A stretch of DNA of 63,728 nt, filler included, from Collodictyon triciliatum (taxonomy: Eukaryota), in assembly GCA_043381765.1 (NCBI GenBank). It is 3 parts of 3 records of this genome, joined end to end, with 100 filler letters (N's around TTAATTAATTAA, not from the genome) between each part and the next. Parts side by side here need not be neighbours in the genome. Positions count along the whole stretch, not along the records: positions 1 to 25,111 come from JBHJMP010000990.1; positions 25,212 to 38,059 come from JBHJMP010000993.1; 1 more part is not named here. One strand, written 5' to 3'. A program made the translations under genes and the position numbers. Below the pieces are notes generated by a model. The model saw only the letters and a program-made list of their open reading frames with translations. It searched no databases and was not told the DNA's origin. Numbering within the stretch: the stretch's first letter is position 1; each line of letters starts with the position of its first letter. Positions 11,674 to 25,773 of the stretch are shown here, one piece after another.

Positions 11674-11872
11674 TTTTGCGTTTTTTGCGTTTTTTGCGTT
11701 TTTTGCGTTTTTTGGGGGTTTTGTTTTTTAGGGGTTTTTGTTTTTTGGGGGGTTTTGTTTTTTGTTTTTTGTTTTTTGTTTTTTGTTTTTTTGTTTTTTT
11801 GTTTTTTTGTTTTTTGTTTTTTGTTTTTTGTTTTTTGCTTTTTGCTTTTTGCTTTTTGTTTTTTGTTTTTTG
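11674..11872. repeat. T-rich (TTTTTTG)n-like low-complexity repeat
   Basis: Directly visible. Confidence 0.9.
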
Positions 11873-12009
11873 AATTGTAACGTTATATGCTTCATCAACA
11901 AACAGGGCGTATGCATTGTGTTCGCAATAGAAGATCGTCGGCACGAACGTGATACCACAAGGATGTGCGTAAACGCGGAGAGTCTCAAGAGCAACCCTGC
12001 CCAGGCTTG

Positions 12010-13989
12010 ATGGACGCCAATCAGCAGAAAGATCACAACCGCCCAGCAATCGAAGGGAAATCCGTTATTCCAGATATGGTATATTAATGTGGATTTCATA
12101 TTATCTTCCATTTTTTGGTCAGTATATCCTGCTTATAGCATTAATTAAGGCAATTATGTATGACCAATATGTTACTTGACTCAATTTAGTTGTAATACCA
12201 CTTATCTGCCACGAACTTTCAAGACTGCCGGCATTTAACTTACACCAGTTTGCCACGATACAAACACACAACTCACTGGCACATGCAACCAAGCGCTTTT
12301 TTTTTTCATTATCTTCTGTAGGCCCTCAAGGAGAGGATCGAAAATGAAGCCATACGCCGCCGACTTTGCGGGCCAAGTGATTCTGCGCGCCCCGAATCTA
12401 GCCTGTGTCTTCCTATGTTGCTTTTTTGTCCCGTTTGATTACTTGATCAGTGTTGTGGATGCGAACAACGACGCAGCCAAGAGCAGCTTCATGGGACTCT
12501 CCTTTCGATCGGATGTCGGCATTGCATTCTTTAGCGCCATCGGAATGCATTATTTGTCTGTCTGGGTTCGATGGTGTTGGTTACGGCCTTTCGGGTTCGC
12601 TATAATATGGACCAGGGTACTCCTTGAAAACGGAATTACCACAATATACGAGCCTGCTCATTTTCTTGCATTATTTGCGTCTGCGATATGGGTTTCTCAT
12701 ACAAAGGTAGCATTCTTGAGTAGTTTGGATGTTGAGAGACCCATGTCTCTCTTCCGGTTTGCCCATAAGATGCAAGACAGGGTTGTGTGCCTCCAAGTAT
12801 GTGCTCCGTATGAACATGCATCACAAATATTAGTTTTTTTTTTTAAAAAAAAAAAGATAGATAAAAGTCTCGTAAACGTCGATAGGTTAAACCCACACCA
12901 TCTTGCCCATATTGAAAAGATAATATAAGAAAAATGTATTCATTAACATGTCAATGTAAGTTATAGTAATTGTTTTCTATTTCTATTTGGCTTATTAGTA
13001 CCTTGACAGTTTGGTCGAGGCGCAGCGCACTCGCTATTTCAAAGTCGAACTTTGGGATAAGAATATACACCGCACTCAAGCATGGAAGCTTTACGTCATG
13101 TTGACCAAATATTGTGCGGCCGTATGTCCTTTGATCCTTCATTAGTCACAGACATGATGCCAGCACATGTCTTTATAATTTCATATATTAAAGAGAATGA
13201 ACATGATTGCAGCTATGAATTTTTTTTATTCTTCCGTTCAATTCTGTGCAAGATGGTGGGGCGGCTCTGAAAATATAGAATGTAATATAGAAACAAGGAC
13301 TTCAACTGTCACACGAAACCTGCTATGTGAATTCAATCCAGTTGGATGAGCAACGACTGTTGAGACACGCAAGGCAGAGCGAAAAAGACATTCACAACCT
13401 TCTGCAATCTTACTCAAATTATGAAGTATTTTAGTTTTATTACTTCGATTATCACCAATACTTATTCACGACACGCAGACATGCATCATCTTACCAATTT
13501 GTCTTGAGTGAATAGAATTTCGATAAAATCGAAGGGCATATCCAAAAAGCATTTTATGATGAAGCACTTCTTGCCAACCCATGGCTACCATTTCGGCGCT
13601 CTTCTGTTGGCCCATCCACCGTAAATATGTATGTTGCCAGAAATCACTCATTTCAAATCGGAATCTTTTTGAATATGCGCACTGGTTACTCAATATAATT
13701 CCTTTTTCTGTAAGTGTATTCTATTTTATTCTATTATATCATATGTAGCACCATCCCGTATCGACACAAAAGCCCTGTATTCTATGGATTCTCTGGGCAC
13801 ATCCTCTTTTCGTGCGTATACATTCTTCGTGTTTTAATATGTTATTTTTTCGTTCATGTTTGCCTTGAGTATGGCATTCATGAAAAGATCATCAATTACT
13901 TACGCTCTGAAGATTTCTCGAGTTTGGTTTGTCTGCTCCACAAAAAATTGTCTGCCATATTCCTTGAAGAGGATCCCTTAAATAAATAA
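12010..13989 (+). CDS. Hypothetical multi-exon protein; boundaries uncertain
   Basis: GT-AG-bounded open segments: VVDANNDAAKSSFMGLSFRSDVGIAFFSAIGMHYLSVW, VLLENGITTIYEPAHFLALFASAIWVSHTK, YLDSLVEAQRTRYFKVELWDKN, GLQLSHETCYVNSIQLDEQRLLRH. No family recognised. Confidence 0.4.
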
Positions 13990-14056
13990 TTCACTACATC
14001 GGCTCACTCTCCCATTGAGTTCGTTGACGAATGGGAACTAATAATGATAATGATAA

Positions 14057-14107
<51 letters not shown>

Positions 14108-14545
14108 ACGGGAATAAAAATAAATCGAGCTCTAGCCACCGACCCACAGGTAGCAAGATTAGTATTGGCATAGTTGCTCTGATTCATTCTTCCGTTTCTT
14201 ATCTTTTCTTTTTTTAACTTTTTTACATTTTGTTGTCATCTGCGCCAACGCCATACACCGCCCTGTTTTTCACTGTGCAAAAGAAAACAAAGCAGCCCCC
14301 ACCGTAATAGAATAGAAATTACCGTACTAATTACGAAACTTCCCGATGGATTTGTGAAGTCCTGCCATTTCTGGGAATTATTTTATCCTGGCGCAAGAAA
14401 TAGCCCAGAATCTTCCAGCCCCAAGCAAGACACAACCAGGCAGAGAACGCGCACATAAAGGCTCACAGCTCAAAGGAGGCCCAGTCTTGTTTGTCAGAAA
14501 GAAACGTGCATACCCAACTACAACCTAGGTTTCCAACCGGCCCAG

Positions 14546-16797
14546 ATGAAGTGCCCAAGGTCTGTGAAAATAGTCTTGGCCGTCCTCCTGTTGCTGCTTG
14601 TTGTCTCTGCAAGCGCAGCTCAGGATAAGAAAGGTATACTGGGTCCAGAAGGCCTCCATAACCCCTTGGTTTTGTTAATAAAAGAGCCCTGATGAAAAAA
14701 ACGCTGTGGCTTTCCTAGCCACTTTTTTTTATTTTTTTTTTTATTTTTCGTTTTTCGTTTTTCGTTTTTTCGTTTTTCGTTTTCTCGTGTGTCATGTGTC
14801 CTCTCTGTCTTCTCACAAGTGAACGATCCAAGCTAAAAGTTTGAAATACCAAACAGAAGATGAAAACAACAAAGAACCGAAGCAGCAAACAGATCAGAAC
14901 GAGCAGAATTCGGATGGGTTTGATTTCGATCAGAAAAGAAAGGACTTTATAGCTGATATCTTATTTATCCACTCTCCAGATATCCTTGCATGATCGGCCA
15001 CCCTATCCATATTGATCTCTAACTGGTTTCTTTGTGTCCTTCGCTTAGAAATGGACTCGACTAAATTCACTTTCCACAGGTCAAACTTTAAAGACTTGAA
15101 CATCGACTACGTTATCGAACTAGACTCTGTTCCTGAGCATTTCAGCCAAGATATGATATCTGAGAGTTTGTTCATTTCTTAAAAAAATCCAACTCCATAT
15201 GGGATTCACAAATATATTCGCACTTTGCTTTTTTTTAATTGTTTGTAATTTTTTTTTTATTATCGTGTTGCCTGCTGAGTCATTATATGCCATATAATTT
15301 TTGATAGTTAAATCAATATATCCTTTACAAATTCCTTATCTTGTACATATTGGAAGGAGAGAAAAAAAACAACTCATTTACCCACCTCTAGTTGAAAGGA
15401 AGCTGAATGAAATAATACAGAAGAAAACGAATGAACCTTTGAACAATGTGGAGAAAGTTCAAAAGCCTGTAGAAGAAGGAGGCAATATTATCTTTCATAT
15501 ATTCTCCCATTTTAAATGATTCACGGCAATTTTTGAAGAGATAAAAACTATGTCTTTCTTTTAGTCTTCATTTTGTATTATTTTAGTTACTGTTTTGCCT
15601 AAAAGGAACCCTAACCTAGATGAAGCAACTCCTCATACGACTATGAAGCAAGATAAAGATTTGGAGCAGGAGAGATTATTTACCGACGCACAACAGCAGC
15701 GTTCTTTCATGAACTATGAAAGGGCTCTTTCATTATATGAAAGCCTTGGAAAGAATGGAGTTTCTGATGCGTGGTATCAAGGTGCATCTATGCTAATGGT
15801 AATGAATATTCAGAAACTAGAATACTCGCACTCACAATTTCGGCCTGAATGTGAAATACACCCACTTTTTTAAAAGCAGAACATACCAAATTGAATACTG
15901 ATAAAATGGTGACAAGCAAATCACTCACTAAAATTTTAATTGATTGTTGCGGGAAAAAAAACGTGGCATATTTCTTAGTTTGATATGGGTAAAGAAGATA
16001 ACCTGGCTCTCTCCATCGAGTATTTGAACGAGGCTGTTAATTTTGGACATGCAGAGGCCCAGTATTTGAAGGGATTTGCCCATAGTGTGGGTCTTTCAGA
16101 TTTAGAGCCAAATCTGCCGTTGGTGAGTTTATATATCAAATCTACTCGTGATGGAAACGAATACATAACAATTGGTGTAGCTTTGTTTATCTAAAATACA
16201 ACCCATGTACCTATATCAATCACTATCATTTTACAGGCCTTGCTCTATTATCACTTTGCGGCCGAAGGAAATAGCACTGAAGCAGAAATGGCGTAAGTAT
16301 ATAGTGATTCTACCTTTAGAAGAAGCCCTTTTTTTTTTGTTTTGTTTTGGAAGACATATATGCTATGGGATGCTTTATTCATCTGGATATTCTTCAATAA
16401 ATCTAACTCATCCCTTCGGAACACTTGAAGGTTAGGGTTCCGACATCAAACAGGCGAAGGATTGGAGCGTTCATGCAAAAAGGCATTAATGTACTACTCC
16501 AAGGCTGCAAAGAAGGGTATGATTATTTGGACATGCCATAGTTCAGGAAATAACTGTTTGCTTGGTTTGCATATTTGACAACACTATTTCCTTTATTTTG
16601 TGTCCCTTTTTCATTCTTCTTCTAATTATGTTATTGGTGGCGATATAGTAACCTCGGCGATGAGAGCAATAGGCTATGTGGGTAAACATCCTGAGAGAAA
16701 AAGGATATCGGATATAGAAACTTCCAAGGCATCACCACACCAGAAGGGAATAATCGACCACATCCAGGTTTTTACTTTTTTTTTTTTTTGTATTCTG

Positions 16798-16895
<98 letters not shown>

Positions 16896-19800
16896 CACTT
16901 TATTATTTATTCATACCTCTGGGAGTTGAGTTAGGACTACTTTAATCTATGCTGTATGCACTGCAAATATCTTTTAATGACTAAGAAAAAAAACATTTAC
17001 CACAAAGAAGCTCATTTTTATCCTGAATTTAGTGGGCTGCCCTACAAGGAGATGTACAGCAAATGGTGGCTAAAAAAAATAATTCAATACATGCGAATGT
17101 TTCCCCCCTTTATTTGACTCAAAGAAAATAGGTGTAAACAATTAATGTGATGGCTGTATTTCGGATGGGGATAAATTTCCATCGCATCTATTTATCTCAA
17201 TCTTACTTTCATATATAAATCACTACCAGGTCACCATGGGAAACCTATATATACACAATTTATATGGTGTAGAGCAAAACTTTCATGAAGCGTTTCTGTT
17301 TTTCCAGGTGAAGTCTGGATATGTTTGTCTCTTTATATTTCAATAAGTTTTTATCTTTTTTTTTTTAAAAAAAATAATGAAACGGCACATATACGAAATA
17401 ATATTGCTTTATTTTTCAAAAATAAAAAAGGAAGAGGAGAGGGACAAAGAATGAAACATATGATTGACCTATATGCATAAATTAGAGAGCCACCGTGCAT
17501 GATCACCCAGAAGCATGGGGCCAGGTCAGAATATTATTCTACGACGGATACATTAATTTACATGAATATATCTTATGTGGTAAGGTGGCAGATGTATGAT
17601 TCATATATGATCCTCCAGATCCTTCTTCTTGCCTTTCTCTAATCAACTGGCATTATTTTCATCATAGATTGGTAATCTTTATCTCCAAGGCCTCGGAGTC
17701 GAACAGAGCTATCAGAAAGCACTCGAGGCATATAGGAAGGGTGCTGCTCTGGTTAGTTTTTTTTTCTCACTCCTCAGAATGTGGCATATTGTGGTGTTCA
17801 ATTTTTTTAATTGTTGAAGTGAAAGCCTACTTTCTGTGATTATACTGAAATCATTATTTTAACTCATCAGGGGAACGGAGTTTCATTTAATGGATTGGGC
17901 TACATGTCGTGGAAGGGCTTGGGTGTTGAAAAGAATGCTGCTGGTAATAACCTTATTTATGTGCATATTTATTGTACAAAATAGGATTTCAGTCGCTTCT
18001 TCAAAGATATATAGCAAATATTGATTTATACTAATTATAGACGCCAGAATCAACTTTGAGAAGGCAAGCGACCTTGGAAATGTCGAGGGGAAAATCAATA
18101 TGGGAATCATGTATTTAGGTATATTAAGTTACCTCTTAGTGACCACAAAAGTGGATGACGTTCATATATCTCATTTTATCATTCGTTTTTCCATATGCTC
18201 GTTAATTGATCATCTTTATCTTTATCTTTATCTTTATCTTTATCTTTATCTTTATCTTTATCTTTATCTTTATCTTTATCTTTATCTTTATCTTTATCTT
18301 TATCTTTATCTTTGTCTTTGTCTTTGTCTTTGTCTTTGTCTTTATCTTTGTATTTGTCTTTGTATTTATCTCAATATTAGTCTTAATGCTAGTCTTTATT
18401 TTGTTAATAGATGGCATCGACATACCTAAGGATTTGGTGAAAGCGTTCATGCACTTCTCTGTTGCAGCTCGTGGTGGGCACAGCCTCGCCCTGTACTATA
18501 TGGGGTACATGCATGAGCAAGTTTGTCACTATTTCAATGTCTACAAACAGTAACGTAATCCTGCTTTCTCGTACGCTCCTTGGTTAATCCATATCAACTC
18601 AGGGACTTGCTGTGGCCCATAATTGCCAAATAGCAATTCAAAACTATAAAGCAGTTGTGGAACGTGGCTCGACGTCTTCTATTCTAGACTTGGCACAGAG
18701 GAAATATGAACAAAAAGTATCTTAGCAATCTTATTGTGGCGATTTTTTTTTTATTCTTAATATATTTTTCTTGAATCTATTAAATTTGTCGTGCGTGTCT
18801 AACGCCTCATTTATTGCAAAGGATTTTGATTCCGCTTTGCTGCTTAACGAACTCGCATCTGAGCTTGGTTTCGAGATTGCTCAAAGCAATGCAGCATATC
18901 TATATGAAAATCGACTGGGATATGTAATTCACATTACCTATATTCTCTATATGCACTCGTTTCCTCTTTATAATTAAATATGTATTTCACGTATATCCAT
19001 ATGTTATACCACCGAAACCATAACTCATTGCATACCTATCAAAGAACAAGGCCGATTATATGGTTCATGCGCTTCAGCGCTACCGTCAATCTGGTGAGTG
19101 TAATAGCGGCATATATTGGCCAACTACTCACTATTTATCACACACCTCGTACTATAGTAGTTTTTTTTTTTAAAAAAAAAAAACTGCCAATATTTTTAAT
19201 TCATATTCTATTTAGCTCACCAAGGGAATGTGAAGTCGAAAATCCGTGTTGGAGATGCATACTATTATGGTCAATCAGATTATTTATTTCATTTTCTTTT
19301 CTTTTTTTTGTTTTAAAGAAAAATTCTTAGTTCTCTGCTTATTTATGCAAATAGAAACTCAGATTTGTGTTACCATATTCCTTTGGTTGTTATTGTCCTT
19401 TTTGTTTTTGTTTTCATTCATCACCGTTGTTACCATTGTCCTCGTCCACTTTTTTTTTCATTCCTTGAAAGCCTAATGAGTGTGGATTCAAGGCCAGGGA
19501 GTAGCAAAAGACCCCGAAGTAGCTGCTTTGCACTACACAGAAGCCGTCCAGATGGGTAACCCGCAGGCCATGTTCAACCTGGGGTACATGCACCAATACG
19601 GTATGCTATTCAAGTGCGCAGCGAATGCTGCTCACCTTTTCGAGTTCCTTTTCGCATCTGTGATCATCATGATGGCGTCATCTCTGCCGTGCTGAATGGT
19701 GCTCTCTCTGCAGGCGATGGCGTGCCTCAGGACTTCTATCTCTCGAAGAGATATTATGATATGGCCTACGAGAATACCCCCGAAGCCTACATCCCAACGC

Positions 19801-20124
19801 GGCTGGCGCTGCTGGTTTGGTGCGTGCACTTTGTCCTCATCAACTTCATCACGACACCTGAGACCCTCGCGAGCACACAGGAGGTTGTCGATGGAGAAAT
19901 CCTCCTTATTGCGAGTCTTGTGTGCCTGCTCGTGGTGTTGGTTGTGAGAATGAGATATCTAGCAAATCGGTGAGTGCTAAACAGCAGCGGTGTGCCACAC
20001 ACCCACGGGTGAATGATGAGGCCCCGATGTCATGCATGTTTTGATTCATTCATCTCTCCCTCCTGATTATCTTTTTTTTTTTTTTAACTAACAAACACCA
20101 TTAATCTCTTCCAGGAGACAGTAG
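14546..20124 (+). CDS. SEL1L: SEL1-repeat ERAD component, SEL1L/Hrd3-like; multi-exon
   Basis: Signal peptide MKCPRSVKIVLAVLLLLLVVSASA; many Sel1 repeats (GHAEAQYLKGF, GNLYLQGLGVEQSY, GHSLALYYMGYMHEQ, ASELGFEIAQSNAAYLYE, GNPQAMFNLGYMHQYG); C-terminal GVPQDFYLSKRYYDMAYENTPEAYIPTRLAL followed by a TM helix. Confidence 0.9.
16799..16894. repeat. (TATC)n intronic microsatellite
   Basis: Directly visible. Confidence 0.95.
18213..18365. repeat. (TCTTTA)n/(TCTTTG)n intronic microsatellite
   Basis: Directly visible. Confidence 0.95.
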
Positions 20125-20545
20125 CGGCGCTGTAGAAAAAAAAAAACAAGTCAAATAACCATAAAGTCAGGAAAGATTGGATGAGGGCGCAACGCCTCTG
20201 CGCGTCCCCGCGAATCATAGTGCATAAACATACCGAATTCGGATTCCACATTAATGCGCCACAAGTCGTGTGGTTCGTGCGTTTTCAGGCTTTGCGACTC
20301 GCCCGGATAATCAGCACGATGTCGCATACACATAACATTCCTTGATAAAGAAGAGAGCGGAGCATGAGGGACAATCGAGTGGAATAGAAACTGCAGAGTT
20401 TGAATAGACAGATTCCATAGAAGGCTGTGAAAGTATTCTTCATATCACGAAAGCTGCGTTATTTTTTCTCCCCAAGCAAATGACTTTTTCTTTCTTTTTT
20501 TTTTTTTTTTTGAGGCAGACCCGCTTGAAGGAGGAGCTTTTGACC

Positions 20546-21886
20546 ATGTCCGCTGCCGAAAACTTTGAGACACACATCAAGAGCAATGCTTATCCCGGCC
20601 GTGGAATAGTTGTAGGGAAAAATAGTGAAGGCCAGTGGATTCAGGTTTGCCTAGAGTCTAGCTGAGGCTGTTGCTTGGCCCTTGGCCCACTTGAAATACA
20701 AAGAAAAAAAGAAAAAGAAAAAGAAAAAAAGAAAAAAAGAGGAACTATGCGGTGAAGTTAAAGTCGAATCTAAACAACTCAGAACACACACACAACCCCC
20801 GGCTCGCCTGCGAAAGTGCTCTTACATTAAGACTTCATAGGTCTACTGGATTATGGGCCGCTCCGAAAACAGCCGCAACCGTGTCTTTGTCCTGGACTCT
20901 GAGACGAAGTGAGCGTTCTCATGGGCAGGATTCATTTTTTTTTTTGTTTCTTTTCGTTTCTTTTTGTTTTGTTTTTGTTTGGATTGTCGCGTTGGAAACT
21001 TATACTTTGTTCCGACTCTCCAAAGCACTCTCAAGACTCAAGCAGCCGATCCCTCCAAAGTAAAGGATCCGTCCCTCATTATTTACAACGCACTTCGCAA
21101 CCACGGGTCCCGTTTCATCGTTACCAACGGAGACCAGACCGACACTATATTTGAAGGATTAGATAAGGTTTTTTTTTTGTAAATGTTCTCTCAAATAACT
21201 ATTTTTTTTTTGAAAAAGAAACAACTGTAGCACAAAGGACATTCGTTTTTAAATCATTATCTAGTGAGGGCTCAGCATTCATGTTGACTAAAAAAAATGA
21301 TGATCTATCAAAGTGACCATGCTTATGCTGCTTCATCAGGGACTCAGCTTCGAAGACTCCCTTATGAGCCGAACACACGAACCCGATGCGCCGAACTTCA
21401 CCCCTCGCATTTCTGCCGTGGTTGATCTGTCGGAGAATGCTGTGGCAGCCGCAACTATCTCGATCATCCGCAAGTCCCCGTTCAGCGACGAAACCAGCGA
21501 ATATCGTTCCTTCAGGTATAGTTTCGTTGCAACTTAAGAGTCTTCATCTTATTTTCATGTTTGATTCATCGAACAACCTACTGTGTTTCATTTCTGGCTG
21601 ACTTCTTTGCTGCTTACGTTTACTTACCGCCAATACTAGATACAATACCATCCCCAACGGACTCGGCTACGGAATCACTACCTACAAACACGACGCAGCC
21701 GTTCTGCCGTCCTTCGATGGCGCTCCACTTGTGCTCCCTCTTAATGGATCGGCCGAAGAGATCGCACAAACCTACTTCCAAGCCTTGAACGAAGACAACA
21801 AAATCTCTCTTTGTGTCCGCGTCATCGACCCAGCAAACTCTGCAAACTCACGCTACGTAATCCACAACAAGCACACTCCCCAGTAA
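20546..21886 (+). CDS. purO: Monofunctional IMP cyclohydrolase-like protein (PurO / IMP_cyclohyd family), 5 exons, 243 aa
   Basis: Exons 20546-20644, 20841-20908, 21026-21167, 21340-21515 and 21640-21886 (732 nt, in frame). Motifs YPGRGIVVG, YWIMGRSENSRNRVF, DPSKVKDPSLIIYN, IVTNGDQTDTI, RTHEPDAPNFTPRIS, ITTY, LPSFDG, LNEDNKISL. Confidence 0.85.
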
Positions 21887-22633
21887 TGGCTCTGTGCAGT
21901 CATTCAATAGGATAAATAATCAATAAGGAGGCAATATACATTAAAAAAAAATAATGTATGTTTCGTTTTGTTCTCAAGAAATAGGGTATTCTCTCCCTCT
22001 CTCTCTCCCTCCTACCTGAAATCGCCACGAACCTGAGATTAATCGCCAGGTAAGAAAGCGATGCCACCTGCTGGATACACCACGCGGGAATGCGGGAAGC
22101 CGTGCTCTTTTTATTAGACTCTTGCGAATACACGAGCATTCAAATCAATTCCAGAATTGCATTTTTGTTATTTACTTTTCCTGTATGGAGAAGCATGGCT
22201 GGAAATCAAAGCCTTGAAGCCAATCGTTGGGAAGAAATACAAGAAGGCCTACTAAGATAACCCGCTCGTAAAAAGGTCTCTAAGCGCAGCCAAGTATGCC
22301 GGAAGAGAAAGAAAAACCATATTACAGGATAGCGATCAAGCAAACCAAACCAAACCAAACCAAGCCAAAAAAGAAATAAAGGCTGCTGCTATTCCAGGGT
22401 GCCGAAGTTATATGTCTTTGATTGTCTAGCCCACCTGCTGGTGAAGGCTTTTAATCGAACGAACAGCAGAGACAAACGCAGCAAGACACAGTCACCTTGA
22501 GTCTCTTCAGAATCCTAAAATGAAACCCAGCTTTCGTGCTCGCACTAACGCACACCCATATTATTATATATTTTTTTTAAAAAAAGGGGGGCTTTTGAAG
22601 TAGTCTGGCCGCGTGTCTGCTCGATCCAGAAAG

Positions 22634-24835
22634 ATGGAGCGGCCAAAGGCACCGAAAGAAGAGACACCAAAGCTTGTGTTCATCTCAGACAGCTACGACC
22701 GCTACAACTTCGTCCAGCGACCCGAGCATGAGAGTGTTGAGATATTGGGACCTTCTGGAACGTCATTGTGTGAGAGTCCAGTGACTACTAAGTACAGAAT
22801 CCCTGCTGTATCCAGCCTTGAGTTGCCTGGTCAAGGAGAGGAATTGGTAGGCATTCAAATACCGGAGCTGAAGCCTTTTTTTGAGTCCCTTCGGAAAAAC
22901 AAGGAAGCAACTTCATTCGATCTTATTATGCGCAGGGACAAGATAGTAAGATTCCTGCTTGAATCTATCATCTCGCCACTCTCTTCTAGACAATCCTTTT
23001 AAGTATTCAGAATATTTGTATTTCATCTTTAGAAAAACGTCAAAGAATCAAATAGTCATTATGTTATTTCCCTCCACAGATTCTGGAATACGAAAACACG
23101 ACAGTGGTGCTTACTCCAGAGAAGGTAGTTGACAAATTGTCATTGTATAGATATTTCGGCAGTAACTCTGCCTTAATGGAGAGCCCGTGTTTCGCTCAGG
23201 TCAAATTTTTTTGGTTAAAGAAGAATGAAAAGGACTCCATAAATCACTTACCATGTGTAGAGTTTTATATCATTATCTAAATAATGTAATATCTTATGCT
23301 TAGATATCATCTGTCACCAAATATGTTCCCCAATCTGAATCAAAAAGTCCTGATAATCATCCTAATCGCCCAAAATCTCCTATTCCAGTTCAAAATTTAT
23401 CATATGCAACTCTGGTTGCTCCAAAGATTGTATCTGACATTCATTTAACAAGCATGGAAGATATTTTTTCCACAGTCGGATTAGAAACCCTTCTCATTCA
23501 TATCATACCCCTGTGGAAAAGAGATATGAAAGAGTTAAATTCGCTTGTAAAACAGCACCCAGAAAATTCTAAATTTCATGAAATTCTGACAAAGGTTGAT
23601 ACGTCAATTTTTTATAAAATCGAATTATTACATCTGTTCTGAAATGGTTTTTGTTAGCTTTTCACATATATTTACGCTCGTCTTGCCATGAGAAATCTCA
23701 ATGCGGTGAAATATTGTAGGTTGTCAATGACCCAAAGAGTATGGTTTTGAAAAAAATGTACATGCACTCAATCGACCGTAACTGGCAATTCTACACGTAA
23801 ATAATCTAAACCAATATATGATAGTGCCCTATTTTTATGGAATTCCTGAAATATTAATTTTCCATGCAGATTTGTTTCACATGTGCTTGTTATAAAATAC
23901 TATTTAAATTTAAAATGGACAGCCAAAAAGGAAGGGAAGGTATAGCTGTTTACTTGGACGAACGTAAAGATAGCATGGAGGAACATGAATCAGGTTTTTT
24001 TTTCCATCCTCTTCTTTTCGTCAGTTGCCGTAAGCTCATGTTTACTGCAACGATTCTAATGAACATTCCTTCCTCTGACTATTTTGAAGCACTTTGAATT
24101 AAAATTAAATCTCGGTTGCTTGTTCTTTGATAGCATCCCATGGTATCTCGAATCCCCTTGTCAAGGCGGTAAGAATTTCATTTAAAAAGAGAGAAATCCT
24201 ACTGAATATCCAAGAAGTTCATATATGTTTATAATTCATTTTTCTTTTCTATCCATTGCCTCAATTAAATGAATGTTTACCATTTTACTTATTCCTGGGT
24301 TGGATGTCCAATCCAGATGTCTCCACCTCCCAGCGCAGACCACAAACGGCCACCAACCAAGCACAATGCAGAGGCCTCCTCCAGTGGTCCCGGAGCGCCA
24401 AAAAGACATCAGACAATTGCCTCTGTCAACAAGCAAACGGAGGCGATTGATAGCGAGCCTCAAAAGAGGTTATCTCAGATACATTCTTCGATAGAAAACG
24501 TAGTCGAGTCATCAAAGAAAGCAAACGGAGGACCTCCTTCGATTTCGGTTGCACAATCTGTTCAATCACCTAAAAAATCGGCCGTTCCAAAAAAAGCTGC
24601 ATCAGAAAAAGTGACAAAGCCTAGTACGCAACCAGAGAAAAGGCCATCAGATACATCGCAGCTGAGGCAGGAGTTCAAAAGTGAATACGAGCATTATTGC
24701 AAATTGCACGAGAGAATTCAAGTGGTAAGGAGCAAGTTTGGGGCTCTAAAAAGAAGCCTGGAATCAGCCTCAGACCAAGCAGACAAAACAAAGCTGGCCC
24801 ACGAAGTGCAATTATCCTACAAGGCGCATTCAGAG
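22634..24835 (+). CDS. Occludin/ELL-domain protein (RNA Pol II elongation factor ELL-like); 3' end lost at contig end
   Basis: Multi-exon; low-complexity S/P/K linker followed by RQEFKSEYEHYCKLHERIQVVRSKFGALKRSL...EVQLSYK, which resembles the Occludin_ELL C-terminal domain. Confidence 0.6.
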
Positions 24836-25014
24836 GTTTGTCATACATACTTTGAGATTATTGACAGAGTAAGAAAAAAAAAGGGAGGGGTTATATATGT
24901 ATTTTTTTTTAAAAAAAATCTTTTTTATTATATACTAATAAATCATCGGTATGAGCGTTTATTTATTTATTTTGTGAAATACACCATGCTGACATCATAA
25001 AAAATTTCCTGTCT

Positions 25015-25015
<1 letters not shown>

Positions 25016-25111
<96 letters not shown>

Positions 25112-25331
25112 NNNNNNNNNNNNNNNNNNNNNNNNNNNNNNNNNNNNNNNNNNNNTTAATTAATTAANNNNNNNNNNNNNNNNNNNNNNNNNNNNNNNNN
25201 NNNNNNNNNNNAATCATAATCATAATCATAATCATAATCATAATCATAATCATAATCATAATCATAATCATAATCATAATCATAATCATAATCATAATCA
25301 TAATCATAATCATAATCATAATCATAATCAT
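25016..25331. other. Artificial contig joint N44-TTAATTAATTAA-N44 (25112-25211) between (ATCT)n and (ATCATA)n microsatellites
   Basis: Exactly 100 bp; TTAATTAATTAA gives stops in all six frames; identical structure at 38060-38159. Confidence 0.95.
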
Positions 25332-25574
25332 AGTTTAATGGGTAGAAAATCTCATTGATATTCTTATTTGCAATGAAATATTTCATGCGTTATTGTTAAG
25401 ATGGGTACTTGTATTATTCAATTAAAACGAAAGTATTCAATTTGGTGCAAAAATAGTATATAGAATATTTTGTAGCCAAGAGTTGAAAGGGAACATGAGT
25501 TTGAATATAACTTGTCGCCGTCCTTGCACGTCGTGTGTCTATCATTTGCCTTAGGGGAGAGAAAATCAGGTTTT

Positions 25575-25733
25575 GGATCGAATCTAGGTCAAGGTCTCTG
25601 GTGATTGCATCCCTTTATAGTTGTTACTATTCTCGACCCTCTTGGGTGCATGATGATGAAGCATGAATCCAGGTTCCATATCCTGCTGGCCTGTACCCCT
25701 TAAATGACCCATGTCATTATTTTCAAACAAGGC
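25575..25733. repeat. Dispersed ~160 bp repeat, copy 2 (homologous to 5215-5370)
   Basis: Colinear alignment with copy 1. Confidence 0.8.
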
Positions 25734-25773
25734 AAAAACTTCGAATAAAGGAAAAAAAAACAAGGCAAAAACT
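25725..25773 (+). mobile_element. Micro-insertion TCGAATAAAGGAAAAAA with 16 bp target-site duplication
   Basis: aaacaaggcaaaaact repeated at 25725-25740 and 25758-25773. Confidence 0.7.

Noticed and set aside
25156-25167. TTAATTAATTAA palindrome as a biological site
   Set aside because: Centred in exactly 44+44 Ns twice; an artificial six-frame stop linker
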